The position numbers and the translations under genes are program-made. A stretch of 64,000 nucleotides of DNA from a virus, in IMG/VR virus record IMGVR_UViG_3300044988_000363, one strand, 5' to 3'. The number at the start of each line of letters is the position of its first letter. Position 1 is the first letter of the stretch. Shown here piece after piece: positions 1-9,546 of this stretch. The notes under the pieces are model-generated. The model was not told the origin of the DNA. It was given only the letters and a program-made list of their open reading frames with translations, and made no database searches.

Positions 1-1637
1 ATATGTTCTTTGTGAGATATAATAACAATGTTATTGTCTTTGGCTATATCTCTAATGATATTCATAAGATAATCTGTAGCGTTCTGATCAAGAGAAGAAT
101 CGAATACTTCGTCCATGATCAACAGATTGGTGCTTACAGAATTACGAAGCTTGGCTATGGCTCTCCAAGTAAACAGTAATGCTAGATCGATCTTCTGTTT
201 CTCACCTTCAGAGAAGGAAGCGTAAGTAAAATTATCTCTATAACGAGACTTGATTGTTTCGTTAAAATTTTCATCAAGCTCAAAAGAAACAAAGAAGTCC
301 ATTGAAGAAAGATACTTATTGATTAGTTTATTGATAACAGGAATATATTGTCTAATAATTTTAGACTTGATACCTGTATCCTTCAATAAGATAGTTGCAG
401 CAGCCAATACATCTTTTTCTTCACTTAATTGATTATACTTAGTTTCTAGAACTTCTAATTCTTTTTCATAATCTATGATCTTAACATCAACAACATCATT
501 CTTGTTTTTTAGGTTTTCTATTTCATTTTTTAATTGTTCAATGTATTTTAATAGAGATGTGGTTGTAGTTCTATATTCAACCCTTTCCATCTCATATTTT
601 TGAATATCACTATTCATATTCATAATTTGTTTTAGACGATTATTAGCAGTGTCATATTCAACTGATAATAACTTCAAACCTTCTTCAGTTTCTTTAATCT
701 GAGAAGTTTTTTCTTCAATCGTTTTGTCTCTAAAACTTTGTTCAATGTGTTGCTTACATGTAGGACAATTTTCGTGATTATTAAAAAAGTCTACATCTTG
801 ATTTAAGATAGCCATCTTGGCTTCTATTTGATGTCTTAGTTTAGATAGCTTTTCTAGCTTCTTAGATACGCTTTCGTTATCACCTATTTGACTACGACAA
901 TTTTCTATCTGCTCATCTATCTTTTTCATTTTACCAGATAGTTCTTTTATCTTTTTATCAGTTTCTTTTATAATCTTTTCTTTTTCTACAGCCAATTTAT
1001 TATTATTGTTTTGCAATTCTTGCAAATGATTTTTAGTAAGTTCAATCTTGGAGTTTACTAATTTTTTATTGCTGGTAACTTCGTAAATGTTCTCGCTATT
1101 TGTAAGAACTTTATCTTTTAAAATAGAATTCATTACAGTAAAAATTTGCAGATCTAAAAGATCTTCAATAATCTCTCGGCGCTGACCAGATGATAGCTGC
1201 ATAAACGGTTGGAACGTAGCCGAACCTAATACAACTACTTGACTAAACGACTTTTGATTTACTTTGATGATTTGCTTTTCGAGCAGTTCTTGATAATCTT
1301 TCATTTCAGCGTTCTGATTTAAAAGATTACCATTCAGATATACTTCGAAAACCGATGGCTTTATGCCACGAACAATCTTGTATTCCTTAGATCCTATAGA
1401 AAACTCTATCTCTACCACACAGTTTTTTTGCGTGATAGAGTTTACAAGCTGAGGCTTGTTTATTTTTCGGAAAGGTTTACCAAAAAGACCAAAGGTTAAC
1501 GCATCAAGAATGGTTGACTTACCAGCCCCATTCTGCCCAACAATAAGAGTAGTATCTTTACTGGCTAGATCTATCTCTGTGAATACGTTACCGGTCGAAA
1601 GAAAATTCTTCCATCGTAGTTTCTTAAAATAAATCAT
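1..1637 (-). CDS. gp46: Recombination/repair exonuclease ATPase subunit (Rad50/SbcC-like, T4 gp46); 3' end runs off the window
   Basis: Not in ORF track. ATG at 1637 overlaps the gp47 stop (ATGA). Reads MIYFKKLRWKNFLSTGN..., Walker A GQNGAGKST, coiled coil, CPTC zinc hook, FSEGEKQKIDL signature, LIMDEVFD Walker B, IVIISH. Confidence 0.95.
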   Translation of the reverse strand, partial: MIYFKKLRWKNFLSTGNVFTEIDLASKDTTLIVGQNGAGKSTILDALTFGLFGKPFRKINKPQLVNSITQKNCVVEIEFSIGSKEYKIVRGIKPSVFEVYLNGNLLNQNAEMKDYQELLEKQIIKVNQKSFSQVVVLGSATFQPFMQLSSGQRREIIEDLLDLQIFTVMNSILKDKVLTNSENIYEVTSNKKLVNSKIELTKNHLQELQNNNNKLAVEKEKIIKETDKKIKELSGKMKKIDEQIENCRSQIGDNESVSKKLEKLSKLRHQIEAKMAILNQDVDFFNNHENCPTCKQHIEQSFRDKTIEEKTSQIKETEEGLKLLSVEYDTANNRLKQIMNMNSDIQKYEMERVEYRTTTTSLLKYIEQLKNEIENLKNKNDVVDVKIIDYEKELEVLETKYNQLSEEKDVLAAATILLKDTGIKSKIIRQYIPVINKLINKYLSSMDFFVSFELDENFNETIKSRYRDNFTYASFSEGEKQKIDLALLFTWRAIAKLRNSVSTNLLIMDEVFDSSLDQNATDYLMNIIRDIAKDNNIVIISHKEH

Positions 1638-2692
1638 TCAACTGTCAATGCCTCATTATATAATTCAACAATTTTATTTTCTAATTTAGTCTTATCAACG
1701 CCTTTAACTTCAGCGCCAGTAATATACTTTTTGAAAATATCAATTGTAGATTCAGCCTCATCAATAATCTCATCATCATCTTCGAGATTCAGATTAAGAT
1801 GGTCCTCTACTATTTGGATATCGATAGGATTTTGTTTTTCTATGTTCTCAATAAATTTTTCGAACCAATAAGGGTTATTCTTTTCAGTAATAATAATTTT
1901 AATTATCTTATTAGCAAACTGTGTGTAATCAATATTACTATCAACAAACTTTGGATCACCATCATTATACCAAAACTTATGAAACATCTTATAAGGATTT
2001 TCGATAAATTTTATTTCTCTCGTTTCTGTGTCAAAGATATGAAACCCTCGAGGATCATTATAATCAGACCAAGTATACTCTGCAGGAGAACCGAGATAAT
2101 AAATATTACCACGGTTTGAACGATGATGAAAATGCCCAGAGCAGACAACATCAAAACGTCCAAACAAACTTGGATCGTCTCCGTGTGAAACAATTGATCC
2201 TTTAAACATTTCAAACCCTTGAAGTTCAAGATGTCCGAAAGCAATTTGCGCATCTGTATTCCTTATTAAGGTGAAGGAATGTTCTCGATTATCATCGCAA
2301 ATCCAAGGAATTAACAGAATCTTAGTATCACCGAACATTACTTCGGTTGTTTTATCATATATATTTATTTCATACTTTCTAAAAAGTTCGTTGAAAGAAG
2401 AGACTTCATTGGTATTCTTATGATACGTGTCATGATTACCTAGACACTGATGCCATTCTATACCACGAGAAATAGCAGGCTCAATTAGATCTTTCCGTAA
2501 ACGATAAGCAGTATTAATGTTAATATACTTACGACGATCAACAATATCCCCACAATGAACGATAGTACGAATATTGTTGTCGTCGAGGTATTTAAAAAAC
2601 ACATCATCGTAAAATCTCTTCATATAATCATGAAATGCAAGGGAGTCATTTCTAACTCCTGCATGACTATCGGTTAAAAGTGCGATTTTCAT
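1634..2692 (-). CDS. gp47: Recombination endonuclease subunit (Mre11/SbcD-like, T4 gp47)
   Basis: Metallophosphoesterase motifs DSHAG, GDIVD, GNHD, GHFH; adjacent to gp46. Confidence 0.95.
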   Translation of the reverse strand: MKIALLTDSHAGVRNDSLAFHDYMKRFYDDVFFKYLDDNNIRTIVHCGDIVDRRKYININTAYRLRKDLIEPAISRGIEWHQCLGNHDTYHKNTNEVSSFNELFRKYEINIYDKTTEVMFGDTKILLIPWICDDNREHSFTLIRNTDAQIAFGHLELQGFEMFKGSIVSHGDDPSLFGRFDVVCSGHFHHRSNRGNIYYLGSPAEYTWSDYNDPRGFHIFDTETREIKFIENPYKMFHKFWYNDGDPKFVDSNIDYTQFANKIIKIIITEKNNPYWFEKFIENIEKQNPIDIQIVEDHLNLNLEDDDEIIDEAESTIDIFKKYITGAEVKGVDKTKLENKIVELYNEALTVE

Positions 2693-2849
2693 TCTTTGAA
2701 TTTGCCTTTACAACAGCAGCTGTAACATAATCTCGAATAGCATCTAGACGCATCAAAAGATTCATTCTTTCGTTTTCTTTAATATTCTTATCGTTTAATC
2801 TATTAACAATATCTTGGATGTTAACAGGTACAAGATGATCATTCTTCAT
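2667..2849 (-). CDS. Small hypothetical protein
   Basis: 60-aa ORF between gp55 and gp47, overlapping both; GAGG SD upstream. Confidence 0.55.
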   Translation of the reverse strand: MKNDHLVPVNIQDIVNRLNDKNIKENERMNLLMRLDAIRDYVTAAVVKANSKNENRTFNR

Positions 2850-3405
2850 TCTCTTCTACCTCCTCTTCTAATTCAGAAAAAATCTCTACTCCGGTAAGTT
2901 TACTCTGTTTTTTAGTTTTAGTCAACTTATCTTCAAACGAGCGAACAATGTCGGAAGAGTAATCATTAGATTTTAAATGTGTAGCGTGATTAGAGTCTTC
3001 TATTATTTCGCTGAACAAATGAGAGTTCTCGAAATTTTTATGTTTGATATAAGTCTGTTTCTTTTCTTTTTGTATTCTTCTTAAAAAAGCATTCCATGCA
3101 ATCTGCGTAAAATAAGCGAAGGGATTATTCGTTTTATCCGGGTTAAAGTTATCGACTGCTGCAATGCAGTCCATAATACCGTCGCTAATCATATCTTGTT
3201 TATATGTATATCCTGAGAAGTTTGGTTTCTTAGCAAGGTTATTACAAATTAAAAGAATAGACTCACCAATATATTTTGGAACGATAGGTTTTTCTTGACC
3301 TTTACTCAATGCATCTTTTAAATCGTTTTTGTAATGGATCATTGCTCCATAAAGAGTTTTGTTGTTGATATAATTTACTTTTCTTTTTGGTTTCTTTTCT
3401 TCCAT
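2839..3405 (-). CDS. gp55: Late-transcription sigma factor (T4 gp55)
   Basis: YINNK, KPNFSGYTYKQDMISDG, NPFAYFTQIAWNAFLRRI motifs; upstream of gp47-46. Confidence 0.95.
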   Translation of the reverse strand: MEEKKPKRKVNYINNKTLYGAMIHYKNDLKDALSKGQEKPIVPKYIGESILLICNNLAKKPNFSGYTYKQDMISDGIMDCIAAVDNFNPDKTNNPFAYFTQIAWNAFLRRIQKEKKQTYIKHKNFENSHLFSEIIEDSNHATHLKSNDYSSDIVRSFEDKLTKTKKQSKLTGVEIFSELEEEVEENEE

Positions 3406-3415
3406 AATATATCCC

Positions 3416-3443
3416 TTGACTTTTTTCGCAGCACGAGTATAAT
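3416..3443 (+). promoter_or_regulatory. Sigma70-like promoter, antisense to uvsW
   Basis: TTGACT-16 nt-TATAAT in the gp55/uvsW intergenic gap. Confidence 0.55.
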
Positions 3444-3463
3444 CACTAGTGCCCCAGTTGAAA

Positions 3464-4909
3464 TTAATATTCTAAATTCACTTTATAGATTTTATATTCA
3501 AACTTCTCTTCGTTATATATCTTAACTCTTTCCATGAAGTGTAACAATGTATAATTCTTCTTTGATTTCCAACTCAAGTCGTCGGCGATGTCATAAAGTG
3601 TCGAAGAAGTTTTAGTGTTCGATTTACGTAGCCCTCGACCAATTGACTGAAGGTTTCTAATTCTTGACTTGGAAGGAGAAGCAAATATAATATTATGAAG
3701 GTTCTTAATATTGACTCCGGTACTAAAAGTGCCAAAAGAAGCCACAATAATCGAATTATTTTCATTCTCAACAACCTTTCTTATTTCTTCTCTTTGTTCT
3801 CCAGAAACTTCTCCGGAAACCCAGTATACTGATCGATCGTTATTCTGTAGCATATTTGCTAGATGAATACCATGCTTCTCAACGAATTGGTATAATATCA
3901 AAGTATTACCTTCAAGAGAAAGAGCAAGGTTCTTAATGAATTTGTTTCTTGCTTCTAACTTGACCAGATAATCCATTTCTGCTTGATAATCATTGGCTCG
4001 AGCAATCATCTTTTTAGCTTCATCCGGATGATTTAATACTATCGCTTTGATTCTAAAATCAGCAAGGTGCTTTTGATCAATCAACTCCTTTGTTGATATT
4101 ACTTTTCTGACGGCTCCAAAGAGTCCTTCAAGAACGAGCTTGTGGGTTTGAGTACCATCCAATGTTCCGGTAAATCCAAAACGGTAACGTGCAGCGGGTA
4201 TCTTAGTAAGTATAGAAGTAAGAGATTTTGCTTTGAAGAGATGAGCTTCGTCTCCGATGACAACATCAAAGTTGTCAAAGAATTTGCTAGGTAGTTTGTA
4301 TATGCTTTGCCAAGTTGTGATTGTGATTGGTTTTGTTGATCCCTTATCCTGTCCAGCGAACACACGATGAACAAAAGTATCGGAGTCAAAACCATAGTCA
4401 GCAAAATCACTGGCAAGCTGGCTAACAAGAGAAGTAGTTGGTACAATAATAAGAGTGCGTTTTGCATAATACCTCACAAGTAGATAGATAATAAATGATT
4501 TACCAGATGCAGTTGGTGATAACAAAAGAGCTCTACGTTCTCTAACTGCATGAACGAATGCATCAATTTGATAGTCTCTAGGTTCCATTGTTGGTTTTAA
4601 TTTAGCAATGAAATCTTTTGCTTCCTTTACAGAAAAATTTTCTGCAGAGAAATCTGTTAGATACTCTAATTCGTATTCTCTTGATTTACAGAATTCTTCT
4701 ACGTATTTCGTAAGGCCAGCATATAAAAGCCCAGTCATTACATTAAGGAGTCTTATTTTACCATCCCAGAACTTAGATCGATAAGCAGGCATGAAGCTGG
4801 CGCCAGGAACAGTGAATGTAAAAAATTCACTCATTTCCATCATGATGCTGGGTTCGGCTTTGATCTTTACATATATTTCGTCGAACTTTTCAATCTGAAC
4901 TTTATCCAT
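3464..4909 (-). CDS. uvsW: UvsW SF2 DNA helicase
   Basis: WDGKIRL, SPTASGKS, DEAH, GFTGT, QSIGRGLR; likely start MDKVQIE at 4909 coupled to the uvsY stop (TAATG). Confidence 0.95.
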   Translation of the reverse strand: MDKVQIEKFDEIYVKIKAEPSIMMEMSEFFTFTVPGASFMPAYRSKFWDGKIRLLNVMTGLLYAGLTKYVEEFCKSREYELEYLTDFSAENFSVKEAKDFIAKLKPTMEPRDYQIDAFVHAVRERRALLLSPTASGKSFIIYLLVRYYAKRTLIIVPTTSLVSQLASDFADYGFDSDTFVHRVFAGQDKGSTKPITITTWQSIYKLPSKFFDNFDVVIGDEAHLFKAKSLTSILTKIPAARYRFGFTGTLDGTQTHKLVLEGLFGAVRKVISTKELIDQKHLADFRIKAIVLNHPDEAKKMIARANDYQAEMDYLVKLEARNKFIKNLALSLEGNTLILYQFVEKHGIHLANMLQNNDRSVYWVSGEVSGEQREEIRKVVENENNSIIVASFGTFSTGVNIKNLHNIIFASPSKSRIRNLQSIGRGLRKSNTKTSSTLYDIADDLSWKSKKNYTLLHFMERVKIYNEEKFEYKIYKVNLEY

Positions 4910-5343
4910 TATGCTCCCATGGTGAACTTCTGCCAATCAATAGCATTACGAATAATAAAATTTCTATTCATAACAGTTTTAATGATTGAATCTAACAGTT
5001 CTATCTTTTCTTGTTGATAACCAATTTTAAGAGATTGATTTATTATTTCCTGATCAGAATCCAAATACATAGGAATATCGCTTTTGAGGATCATACCTTT
5101 AGGCGGAAGCTTCCAACCTCTATCTTTAGTTTCTTCGTTTGGACCCTGAGTTAAAAATTCATACTTATCAAGCTTGAGTTGTTTCATCTCTGACTCTTGC
5201 TTACGCAGAATCATTTTTTCCTTGACATAAATTTGATAATATTTATGATGGAGTTTAGGGATTTTAAGGGCTTCTTCGCCTAGCTCTGTTTTGTCAATCT
5301 GAGAATCGACGTTCCAATTTTCTAAAATTTCATCAATAGTCAT
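4909..5343 (-). CDS. uvsY: UvsY recombination mediator
   Basis: KIPKLHHKY ... IRNAIDWQKF; upstream of uvsW. Confidence 0.9.
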   Translation of the reverse strand: MTIDEILENWNVDSQIDKTELGEEALKIPKLHHKYYQIYVKEKMILRKQESEMKQLKLDKYEFLTQGPNEETKDRGWKLPPKGMILKSDIPMYLDSDQEIINQSLKIGYQQEKIELLDSIIKTVMNRNFIIRNAIDWQKFTMGA

Positions 5344-5369
5344 AGATCACCTTTTTCAATTAATATTAT

Positions 5370-5398
5370 ATTATATAATACTTTTCGAAAAAAGTAAA
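5370..5398 (-). promoter_or_regulatory. Sigma70/early-type promoter for uvsY-uvsW-gp55-47-46
   Basis: TTTACT-17 nt-TATAAT on the minus strand, upstream of the uvsY SD (AAGGTG). Confidence 0.6.
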
Positions 5399-5399
5399 G

Positions 5400-5921
5400 T
5401 TAAATCTTCTCTATATTATACAAAGTATATTTGAAAGTTGCTGAAGCTTCAACATAATTGACATCTTCATCGGTTGTTCCAAAGGTTAAACCAGACAGAG
5501 ATATAGGATGAGCATCTGTATATACTACTTCGTAGTTTGCTGCTTTTGTAGATGAAAGAATCATTACAGAAATATCAGAATATATACCATCGCCAGTCCA
5601 TGATTTCTTTTGTTCTATTTCTCTATACTGATCAAAGTTATCTGGCTTACCAAGAGCCTTAATCCAGTTATGAATTTCTAGATAGTTTTTAAGGTCTTCA
5701 TCAACTTTGAACGTAATTTGTAATTCAGAATAATCTATGTGATCGCCAGGGACTGGATACTTTACAAATGGTGTAGGGACGTTTGGTGCTGCTAAAGATA
5801 TTTGAGGAACATTAATTTTCTGTATAAAAAAGTTGACATGTGGCGCCTTCTTAATTGTGAACTTGAAATTAAGAGGACTAAGAAAGTTTTTGTTTATAGG
5901 TGTGTTATCTATAGCAGTCAT
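5400..5921 (-). CDS. gp3: Tail completion / tube terminator (T4 gp3-like)
   Basis: NFLSPLNFKF, VDEDLKNYLEIHNWI, tube-protein-like fold; position between gp23 and uvsY. Confidence 0.85.
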   Translation of the reverse strand: MTAIDNTPINKNFLSPLNFKFTIKKAPHVNFFIQKINVPQISLAAPNVPTPFVKYPVPGDHIDYSELQITFKVDEDLKNYLEIHNWIKALGKPDNFDQYREIEQKKSWTGDGIYSDISVMILSSTKAANYEVVYTDAHPISLSGLTFGTTDEDVNYVEASATFKYTLYNIEKI

Positions 5922-5939
5922 ATCAACTCCTTTTCATAC

Positions 5940-5947
5940 TATTTATA
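5940..5947 (-). promoter_or_regulatory. T4-type late promoter
   Basis: TATAAATA upstream of gp3. Confidence 0.8.
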
Positions 5948-5949
5948 TG

Positions 5950-5975
5950 AAAAAAGGGGCGACCGAAGCCGCCCC
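5950..5975 (-). terminator. Rho-independent terminator after gp23
   Basis: GGGGCGGC-TTCG-GTCGCCCC stem with C(UUCG)G tetraloop followed by a U tract. Confidence 0.9.
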
Positions 5976-6010
5976 AGTTTCTAGATATCGGATCTTCGTC
6001 CGAAACCAAA

Positions 6011-7384
6011 TTACATAAGGTTATTAACAATAACTCTACGATAGTACTTGTTAGTGTTGATAGTAAGAGCACCAAGACCCTGAGTAAGACCCTGAGCGAA
6101 TGGGTTTGCTACCATGCCGTAACGAGTCTTAAAGCCGATCTTTGGCTGGAAGCTTGACTGATCAACTGCACGAACCATCTGTAGTGGAACGTATGGGCAA
6201 TAGAATAGACCAGCGTCGAAAGCTGATGAACCCTTATAGCCAACAGTTAGATAGTTACCGCCTAGAGCGTATGGATCGATATAAACACGTAGACGACCAT
6301 TTAGGATACCAGCGAAGGTATTGCCTGTATCGTCAACCTGTAGGTTGTTTGAGTTAAGAGCAGGAGCGTAGTCAAGAACACCAGCCATCTGTAGTGCAGA
6401 AGCAACGTCTGAAGAACAGATAACGATGTTACCCTTACCACGACGAGTCTGCTTGGCGATCTGGTTAGCTTCACGCTCTAGCTGGAACATTAGACCCTTG
6501 AACTTTTCAACTGACCAACGACCGTTTGAGTCAGTATCAAGATCGAAGACACCAGCTGTAGTTGTGTTTTCCTGAGCGCCAGCTTCAGCAGTGATGTTGA
6601 TAGTACGAACAACTTCACGGTTGATTTCGGCTAGGATTTCAGCTGATAGAATGTTAGCTAGTTCTGTTTCAGCGTCTAGACCATGGATAGCCTTAAGATC
6701 CTGGGCTAGTTCCATAGTATACTCTGCCTTTAGAGCACGAGTGTTAGCTGTAACAGTAACCTTCTCAATTGAGAATGCCATCTGTGGGAAAGCAGTGTTT
6801 GAGTCGGTTCCAAGAGCTTCAGCCTGGAATGTACCCATAGCAGCACCAGTGTTATAGGTGTTAACTGCTGTTAGTGGTGAAGTGTTAGTTGCACCTGGAA
6901 TAGTTCCAACATGCTTCTGACCGAAGGTGTTAGCACCTGAAGTAACAGAAGAGAACTGAGTGTTAACTTCGTTATAGAATGTTTCTGCGCCAGCGTTGTT
7001 ATAGCTAGTTGTGTTAGCATAACGTGAACGCATTGCGAAGATGAGGCCAGTTGGGCCAGTCATTGGCTGAACGCCGCAGATGTCGTATGCCATTAGATTT
7101 GGCATTGCACGACGAACTAGAGAAATAAGAACTGGATCGAAAGTATCGATACCACCAGTACCCTGAGTTGAGCTTGAAGCGCCCATTAGGTTAGCTGGAA
7201 CTAGTGAATCAGTCTCAGTTAGAGTCTGATAAGAACCATGAGCAGCAGACTCAGCTAGAGCCTTCTCAGTGTTCTCAAGCATAACTGCTGTTACTGAACG
7301 GCGGTGCTGGTCCTTAATGGCGCCAAGAGCGTCATGGTCTAGGACTGGTGCCCACTTATTTTGAATTTCCTCAGCTAGATACAT
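6011..7384 (-). CDS. gp23: Major capsid protein
   Basis: DPVLISLVRR, GVQPMTGPTGLIFAMR, KAEYTMELAQDLKAIHGLDAE, QPKIGFKTRYG; LTE maturation-type site. Confidence 0.98.
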   Translation of the reverse strand: MYLAEEIQNKWAPVLDHDALGAIKDQHRRSVTAVMLENTEKALAESAAHGSYQTLTETDSLVPANLMGASSSTQGTGGIDTFDPVLISLVRRAMPNLMAYDICGVQPMTGPTGLIFAMRSRYANTTSYNNAGAETFYNEVNTQFSSVTSGANTFGQKHVGTIPGATNTSPLTAVNTYNTGAAMGTFQAEALGTDSNTAFPQMAFSIEKVTVTANTRALKAEYTMELAQDLKAIHGLDAETELANILSAEILAEINREVVRTINITAEAGAQENTTTAGVFDLDTDSNGRWSVEKFKGLMFQLEREANQIAKQTRRGKGNIVICSSDVASALQMAGVLDYAPALNSNNLQVDDTGNTFAGILNGRLRVYIDPYALGGNYLTVGYKGSSAFDAGLFYCPYVPLQMVRAVDQSSFQPKIGFKTRYGMVANPFAQGLTQGLGALTINTNKYYRRVIVNNLM

Positions 7385-7419
7385 TTAGGTTTTCCTTTCT
7401 TAGAAAATACACTTTATTT

Positions 7420-7427
7420 TATTTATA
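7420..7427 (-). promoter_or_regulatory. T4-type late promoter
   Basis: TATAAATA upstream of gp23. Confidence 0.8.
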
Positions 7428-7432
7428 ATATA

Positions 7433-8593
7433 TTACTTTTTAACTGTTCTGGAGATAGCGGCTAGATAACGACCAACACTTGGGTCGATGTTTCTAGTTT
7501 CACTGATTTCTCCTTCAAATGTTTCTTCTTCAATTGAAGAACTCGAAGTTGCTTCATTTCTGAAATAGTTTTCTTTAACGATCATTAGCTTCTTAGCATA
7601 AACGTCAAGATCACCGTCGAATTCAATTCCTTCAACTAGAGCAGAGAACTTATCCTGCTGTGTCAATGCAAGATCAGAAGCAAGTTCAGAAACGATTTCA
7701 AGTCTCTGACCTTCAACAAAATAGTTCTTTAGCTCAACGTTTTCTGAAATTGTTTCGTCAAGTCTTGATTCTAGAGCTTCAACCTTTTCAGCCATTGCTT
7801 CTAGAACATCAACCTTCTCCTCTGGAACACTGATGTAGTGCTCAGCGAATAGGTTCTTCAATCCTTCAATAAACTCTTCAGCGAGTTCATTGCGTAGGGT
7901 TGATTCGATAGCTACTTCGTTTTCTTTCATCCAATTCTCAACAACATAATCAAGATATGTGTCAAGCTTTGATGTCATTTCTTCGGCAATTGAAGAAACT
8001 TCTTCCTGTAGCTTTGTTTCATATTCTTCTTCTAGACGTGTCTGCTCAGCAATAACTCTTGCTGAAACTGCTGCTTCAAATAGTGTAGCAACGTTGTCTT
8101 TAAATTCTTCTGAGAGATCCTGACCATTGAACATTTCTTCAATGTCTTCCTTTACATTAAGCTTTGGCATTGGATATGCAGTCTTTGGACCAACATTACC
8201 ACCAGTAGCATGTGAAGGCTTCATATCAATAGTTGACTGATTATGTGCTGACTTGTCACCAACACCCCAATCCTTACCTGGGCCGAACTGAGCCTGGACC
8301 TGATTGAAGAAGTCGATAAGTTCTGACTTGCCCATACCAGCCATAACGTTCATTACTGAAGTCATTGCCTTTAGTTTTGGCATTGGGTCTGAAGGACGTG
8401 CAGCTGGATGAAGTGATGAAGCAGCAAGAGTTTCCTCATCAACTGATTCCTCTTCCATCTTCTTGCAAGAAGATTCATATTCTTTATCTTCTTCCTCTTC
8501 CTCTTCTTCCTTGTGATGCTTCTTCTTGCCCTTTACCTTGGCTTCCTCAAGAGCATTTAGAGCTTCAAGATCGAATTCTTCGTTATTAGCCAT
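7433..8593 (-). CDS. gp22: Prohead core scaffold protein
   Basis: LSEEFK..TLFEAAV, YLDYVVENWMKENEVAIE, acidic coiled coil; between gp21 and gp23. Confidence 0.92.
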   Translation of the reverse strand: MANNEEFDLEALNALEEAKVKGKKKHHKEEEEEEEDKEYESSCKKMEEESVDEETLAASSLHPAARPSDPMPKLKAMTSVMNVMAGMGKSELIDFFNQVQAQFGPGKDWGVGDKSAHNQSTIDMKPSHATGGNVGPKTAYPMPKLNVKEDIEEMFNGQDLSEEFKDNVATLFEAAVSARVIAEQTRLEEEYETKLQEEVSSIAEEMTSKLDTYLDYVVENWMKENEVAIESTLRNELAEEFIEGLKNLFAEHYISVPEEKVDVLEAMAEKVEALESRLDETISENVELKNYFVEGQRLEIVSELASDLALTQQDKFSALVEGIEFDGDLDVYAKKLMIVKENYFRNEATSSSSIEEETFEGEISETRNIDPSVGRYLAAISRTVKK

Positions 8594-8625
8594 TTAAATA
8601 GTCTCCTATTAAAGAAATTTAGAAT

Positions 8626-8633
8626 TATTTATA
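8626..8633 (-). promoter_or_regulatory. T4-type late promoter
   Basis: TATAAATA overlapping the gp21 stop, upstream of gp22. Confidence 0.7.
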
Positions 8634-9300
8634 ATTTTTTGTTTTTTACTATTAGAGAAGTTAGATAGTTCTCAAATATGTTTAATCTCTGTTCTTCAAG
8701 TTTTGACTTACTTAAAGAATGGACATTTTTCTTTATTTCATGAAGTCTTTCTTCATGCCATGAACCCTTGACTGGATCGTAAATCCACTCAACGTTTTCC
8801 ATAATACCGTTTACGAAACATCCAGGTCCGCTTGGGTCGGAAACAATATCAACTGTTGAAAGTTTGAAATCTGGTTGAACAACCATAACACCATTTGATT
8901 CTTTCAAAGAACCCATACCACGTGTAGAAACACCAAGCTGACCGCCTGATTCTAGGAGACCTCTAGCAATTTCGCCCATAGGTGTTGAAGTAATCTTTGC
9001 TTTACCGTTAACAAAATTACCATCCCACTTTAATTCAGTGATGATATGTGATACACGGTCAAGATTAATAGTTGGTCCTGATGGATGATTTAGTTCGCCG
9101 AATGCTCTTTTAGCATTAACTACTTCACGAATGTATCTTGCTACTTCATTTTCTAGAATGTCTTTTTTATACATTCTACCGTTTTTGTTCTTTTCTTCAG
9201 CAGTCATAAAACGGCCAATGATATAATGTTGCCTTTTACCGTCTTCAGTTCTTTCGGTAATATATTGAGTTTCTTCGTTTAATTCGGCGATGAGTTTCAT
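8629..9300 (-). CDS. gp21: Prohead protease
   Basis: NKNGRMY, AFGELNHP, VSH, GVSTRGMGS, DIVSDPS. Confidence 0.95.
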   Translation of the reverse strand: MKLIAELNEETQYITERTEDGKRQHYIIGRFMTAEEKNKNGRMYKKDILENEVARYIREVVNAKRAFGELNHPSGPTINLDRVSHIITELKWDGNFVNGKAKITSTPMGEIARGLLESGGQLGVSTRGMGSLKESNGVMVVQPDFKLSTVDIVSDPSGPGCFVNGIMENVEWIYDPVKGSWHEERLHEIKKNVHSLSKSKLEEQRLNIFENYLTSLIVKNKKL

Positions 9301-9303
9301 CTG

Positions 9304-9546
9304 TTATCCTCTGTATTCTACTGGAGCGGCTTTCATATTTGCTCCTGTTACTGTATCTGTTGGTCCTTTTGGAATAACAATTGACTCAGTATTTGATACT
9401 GTAGTGTTCGCATAAACCACACCATTAGCATAAGCTAAATTAAGAACAGCGGCAGCGCCAGTATTAACAATACGAATAGTTGTAGCTCCTGCAACATTAT
9501 TGGCCGATGCAATTGATACTTCTGCGCCTTTTAATTTAATAAACAT
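9304..9546 (-). CDS. Small hypothetical beta-rich virion protein
   Basis: 80-aa ORF in the head operon, translationally coupled to the upstream gene. Confidence 0.7.
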   Translation of the reverse strand: MFIKLKGAEVSIASANNVAGATTIRIVNTGAAAVLNLAYANGVVYANTTVSNTESIVIPKGPTDTVTGANMKAAPVEYRG

